Origin: Bigelowiella natans CCMP2755 | Lineage: Eukaryota > Protista > Cercozoa | Direction: 5' to 3' | DNA: 43,625 bases | Assembly (NCBI GenBank): GCA_000320545.1 | Contig: ADNK01001018.1 | Coordinates: 1-43,625 of the forward strand | Part shown: piece after piece, positions 39,818 through 43,625 of the stretch | Position numbering within the stretch: position 1 is the first letter of the stretch | Layout: every line of letters begins with the position of its first letter | Notes under the pieces: model-generated | Databases searched by the model: none | The model's input: only the letters and a program-made list of their open reading frames with translations | What the model was told of the DNA's origin: nothing | Program-made: the position numbers and the translations under genes

Positions 39818-41045
39818 CTACAATTTTGCTTTTTTTTTATTAATACTATACTGTTTAAGTGGACATTTAGGATGGCGAAGACTTCTTATTTCGTGTTCCA
39901 ATCGAAGCAACTTCGTGCCAGTGTTCGGATCTTTGATATCCCTATTCATTTGTCGAAATAAACATTTGCACACGTTGCAGATATTACTAGCTACGATAAC
40001 AACCTATGCTAATACATTTCTGAAATAAAGAAATTCTGCGTGCATAAATCCACCAACCACAATTTCAAATATTATTCTCCATATTGCATTGATTTCATAA
40101 AACAATTTCAACCATCATTAGTGTCATCGTTCGTCGATGCAGTCAGCTTCTCAATATCATCGTGATTGCTCACCGAATTCGAAAAGCCTCAGCCTCCAAT
40201 GCTTGCTCAAGGGTTTTGCTCGCATCAAGCTTGGTAAATCGTGGATTAATCTGGAGATATGTATATATGAATTCAAAAGTAGTATACTACTAAGTGATTG
40301 ATTGATACACTTATGGATTATGGTTTTACTATAAAGAGAAAGGATACCGAGTGTGTGATATTAAAATAATATTGAGCAAATCTGACAATGTAGTGATGAA
40401 GATGATGGTGGAACAATTTTTATAGTGCACTGACTGACATTAAAGTCGTATCAATGCTGCAGCAATACCCAAATAATCCCTAAAGATTCACAACGTTTGA
40501 AGCAACTTTCGAAGTTTCCGATGTAAATTGCCATGTGTTCTTCATTATCGGCATCAACATCAATATCTGATCATAGTTCCGAAATTCAAGGGGGGCCCAC
40601 ATCGTATCAAAGGATGATAATATTTTCCAAGCCATTATGCACCTTTTTTCTCCACAAAATGAATTTCTTGCGCCATATTATTCGCAAAAATGGTTGCCTT
40701 GGTATTCTCGTGGTCATACCGAACAGGAAACTGAAATATATCTAAGTAGAACTTCGAGATGGATTTCGAGGTATTTTTTGCGCAGAAGATCTGACCAATA
40801 ACAGCAGCATAGTAGAAAATAATTGCAAAGAATTTCTCAATACTTCGTGGAAGAATCTCCTCTAATCATACCGTAATGCTTGATATCCCGAGTGGCAAGG
40901 AACCCTTCGAGAATTTTCTATAGCCATTCCTAATCAACGGTATTAATAATATGTGCTTCTTTCATATGTGAAGGGATTCAGGTGCTGCATGGGGAGGAAG
41001 GAGAAGGGATATCATTACACAGCAGCCGCAGGAGCTTCTCACAGA

Positions 41046-41089
<44 letters not shown>

Positions 41090-41649
41090 CATTATTATAA
41101 TCGCTGTGTGTCTTCTTCTGTGGCTTTATCTTGCGGCAGCTAGATTCGTCGATTTCATACCGTGGGTTCTCGAAAAAAGCAGACTGTGAGTCATTTGCCT
41201 CTCGAAGGAAAAAGGTGTTTCCGTTGGGGCCAATCACGGAGATATCTCTCCTATGACTGATCTCCTCCTTTTCAAACCTGTTACTGTTCCTGTTATGCCT
41301 ATCTTTAGTCGAAATTTTAAGGCCCTGCTTAATCATCCGTTTCAGTCTATTCTGTACCTAATCAAGTATCCAGCAAAAGTTAGAGCCAGACTGACGTCGC
41401 AAAAAAGAAAGACATAAAAAAGCAGCAGCTGTACTATTGGCTTTACAACTGGTGCTACTACTTATGAAACCATTTTAGGAGAAGAAGAAGAAGAACTACG
41501 AAAAACAAGAAGAGGTTGTGGTAGAAGTCGTTGTAGTAGTAGTAGTAGTAGTAGTAGCAGTTGTAGTAGCAGTTGTGGTAGTAGGACTACAAGAAGGATC
41601 GAAGCAAGAACTGCTTCTATTGAGGGGAATTGATACAAGTAGTAGTAGC

Positions 41650-41681
<32 letters not shown>

Positions 41682-42036
41682 GACTACAACAAGGATCAAA
41701 GCTAGAACTGCTTATATTAACTGAGAATTGAATGCTCAGTTAAAACAAAATCTTTTATTTAGTCATGGAAGTTGTAACGTACTTCTTGGAGACCGGTGCT
41801 ACTGTACACAATTTCGATCTCTCCGCGCCATTGTTGCGAGCGCTTCATCTTATCTCCCGTGTGGAATTGAGTGAGATATCCACAGTTGGAATGAAGCGTG
41901 GCTTCTCTGATACATGTAATAATAACATACATGATGGGCTCATCATCAATGACTACGAACGTTGCCAAGATATGCTTCCGTGCACGTATGTATTATCATT
42001 GCCAGTCAACACGTGCACATGATGTTTTAAAGTGCC

Positions 42037-42095
<59 letters not shown>

Positions 42096-42339
42096 GTAGT
42101 AATACCGTGGCCTACTCGCCACTCGCATGCAACCCAAAAACTTACAGTAGAAATCTTCTGCGCTCCTAATCAACGAAACCATAAGTAGTAAGGGTGGGGC
42201 TCAAGATAGTAGTAGTTTGGGACAGGTTGAAATCAGAGTATTTAAACTACTAAATTTGGAATCTCTACTCTTGATCCTCGACGTCTAGGTTGAGGTGCTC
42301 GAGAAGATACAATCCGGGCTGCTTCTTTTCCCCCTCCAT
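39818..42339 (-). CDS. VOC/glyoxalase-like fold protein of uncharacterised function; multi-exon
   Basis: Exons join to MEGEKKQPGLYLLEHLNLDVEDQESAEDFYCKFLGC...LHSNCGYLTQFHT...GPNGNTFFLRE...HMAIYIGNFESCFKRCESLGIIWINPRFTKLD...FRIRDIKDPNTGTKLLRLEHEIRSLRHP. Stop 39818-39820. The family call comes from recalled motif similarity. Confidence 0.75.
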
Positions 42340-42679
42340 CGTTAAAAGGATCTCGTATGTTAAGAAGATTAATGATCATCATCAGTTGTTAAAAAAATAG
42401 CCTGAATTCCCATCATGCGACAACCATATTCCATCATTTGTTCTACAGTACATGATGATGATGATGATGATGATGATGGGTTTGACTACTACTATTTATT
42501 ACTACTACTACTATAACTAATACAACCCACTGCCCACTACCACCTGCTATGATGAATCTGATGATCATCATGCAGGGAGGAGGATAGGAAGAAAAAGAAG
42601 ACATAGAAGAAAAGAAAGGAAAACAAAGGGGGGAACACTCCACAACCCCAGGAAGCGGCAAGCACTGGAAAGTTGTGGC

Positions 42680-43625
42680 ATGATCAGGCTACCAGCCCTA
42701 TTGCTCTCCTCCGCCTTTCTTCTAATGTACATCAATCCCGGGATGAGTACGATGTTACCAATACGCCGTGTACATGCAGCCCAGCTTTCCCAGGTTGTAG
42801 TGTGGTGGTGTGTGTTGATAAGAACGCAAGATTTTCACTGAATTGGCCGTTCTTCTTCACGTAGTAGTAGGAAGAGTTTTACGCCGCATACATCGCAAGG
42901 CGAGAGAATATCTTATAATATCTGATATGTAATGTATCTTCACAGGAAGAGTTATACGAATACATGGCAAGACAAGAACCTCTTATAATAACTGATGCTG
43001 CACCTGCTCCTCTACGCAAGTAAGTTATAATGGCGATGTAGTAGCAGATCATCATATTGCTATTAGTATATTCAGTACTGCTAAAATTTTAAGGCACTTC
43101 CTACAATTATTTAATACATTGGAAAATATGTAATAGTAGCAGTTGTTATAAAAATCGAATGCAATTTGATTATCGTAGATGTATGCATGCATATATCTCC
43201 TTGCTCGCACTAATGACTATACTACAGGGAATGGAATTTTCAAAGTTTTGTTCAAAATTGTGGGGGGAAATCTGCGATTGCTGGGTGACAACTACATTTA
43301 TACGTCATTATACGTATGATGCTGTATCATCAACAATATCTGTTTATATCAAGATGATAATGACGAAAGTGATGATAGGAAATAGTTTTCTCTTTGTCTA
43401 TAATTGTTGTCTATAATTGTTGCTAAAAAGTTTACAATTTTGTTTCTTCCACTAGCATTGATAATGATTTCTTGTGTTCTACCAGCATTGATAATCATTT
43501 CCTGTCCATTATCGACAATATGGGGAATGAAGAGGTGATGATTGAGTTGGTGGTGCTCAAACCCATCAGCAAATAAAAATAACTGCTAAAGAGCAGAGAG
43601 AATACATTTCAACAATGCTTCTGAG
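42680..43625 (+). CDS. JmjC/cupin-like protein with predicted signal peptide (JMJD8-like N-terminus); 5' exons only, runs off the window
   Basis: Exons 42680-42793, 42946-43019 and 43228-43284 give MIRLPALLLSSAFLLMYINPGMSTMLPIRRVHAAQLSQEELYEYMARQEPLIITDAAPAPLRKEWNFQSFVQNCGGKSAIAG. Catalytic HxD...H motif is not within the window. Confidence 0.65.

Overview
The window is the left end of a eukaryotic, probably protist, chromosome; the organism cannot be identified from sequence alone. It starts with a (CCCTAA)n telomere, followed almost immediately by intron-rich housekeeping genes. In order these are SGT1 (-), a WDR76/Cmr1-like WD40 gene (-), a ~23 kb giant UBR-box/UBA/SPRY/RanBP2-ZnF/HECT E3 ligase (+, HECTD4-like, heavily invaded by microsatellites), MRT4 (-), dynein light chain roadblock (+), a VOC/glyoxalase-like gene (-) and the 5' part of a signal-peptide JmjC gene (+). 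The most striking signal is non-genic. Intergenic repeat relics (strongest at ~3050-4440, also ~38690-39740, weaker in a MITE at 32476-32986) have lost TpA dinucleotides, while CTAG is spared and enriched and CA/TG/CATG/TGCA are abundant. Four copies of a shared repeat motif differ largely by TA->TG/CA changes, consistent with A->G at TAH but not TAG. This suggests a repeat-targeted hypermutation system with polarity opposite to fungal RIP. Counts and exon models were made by hand.
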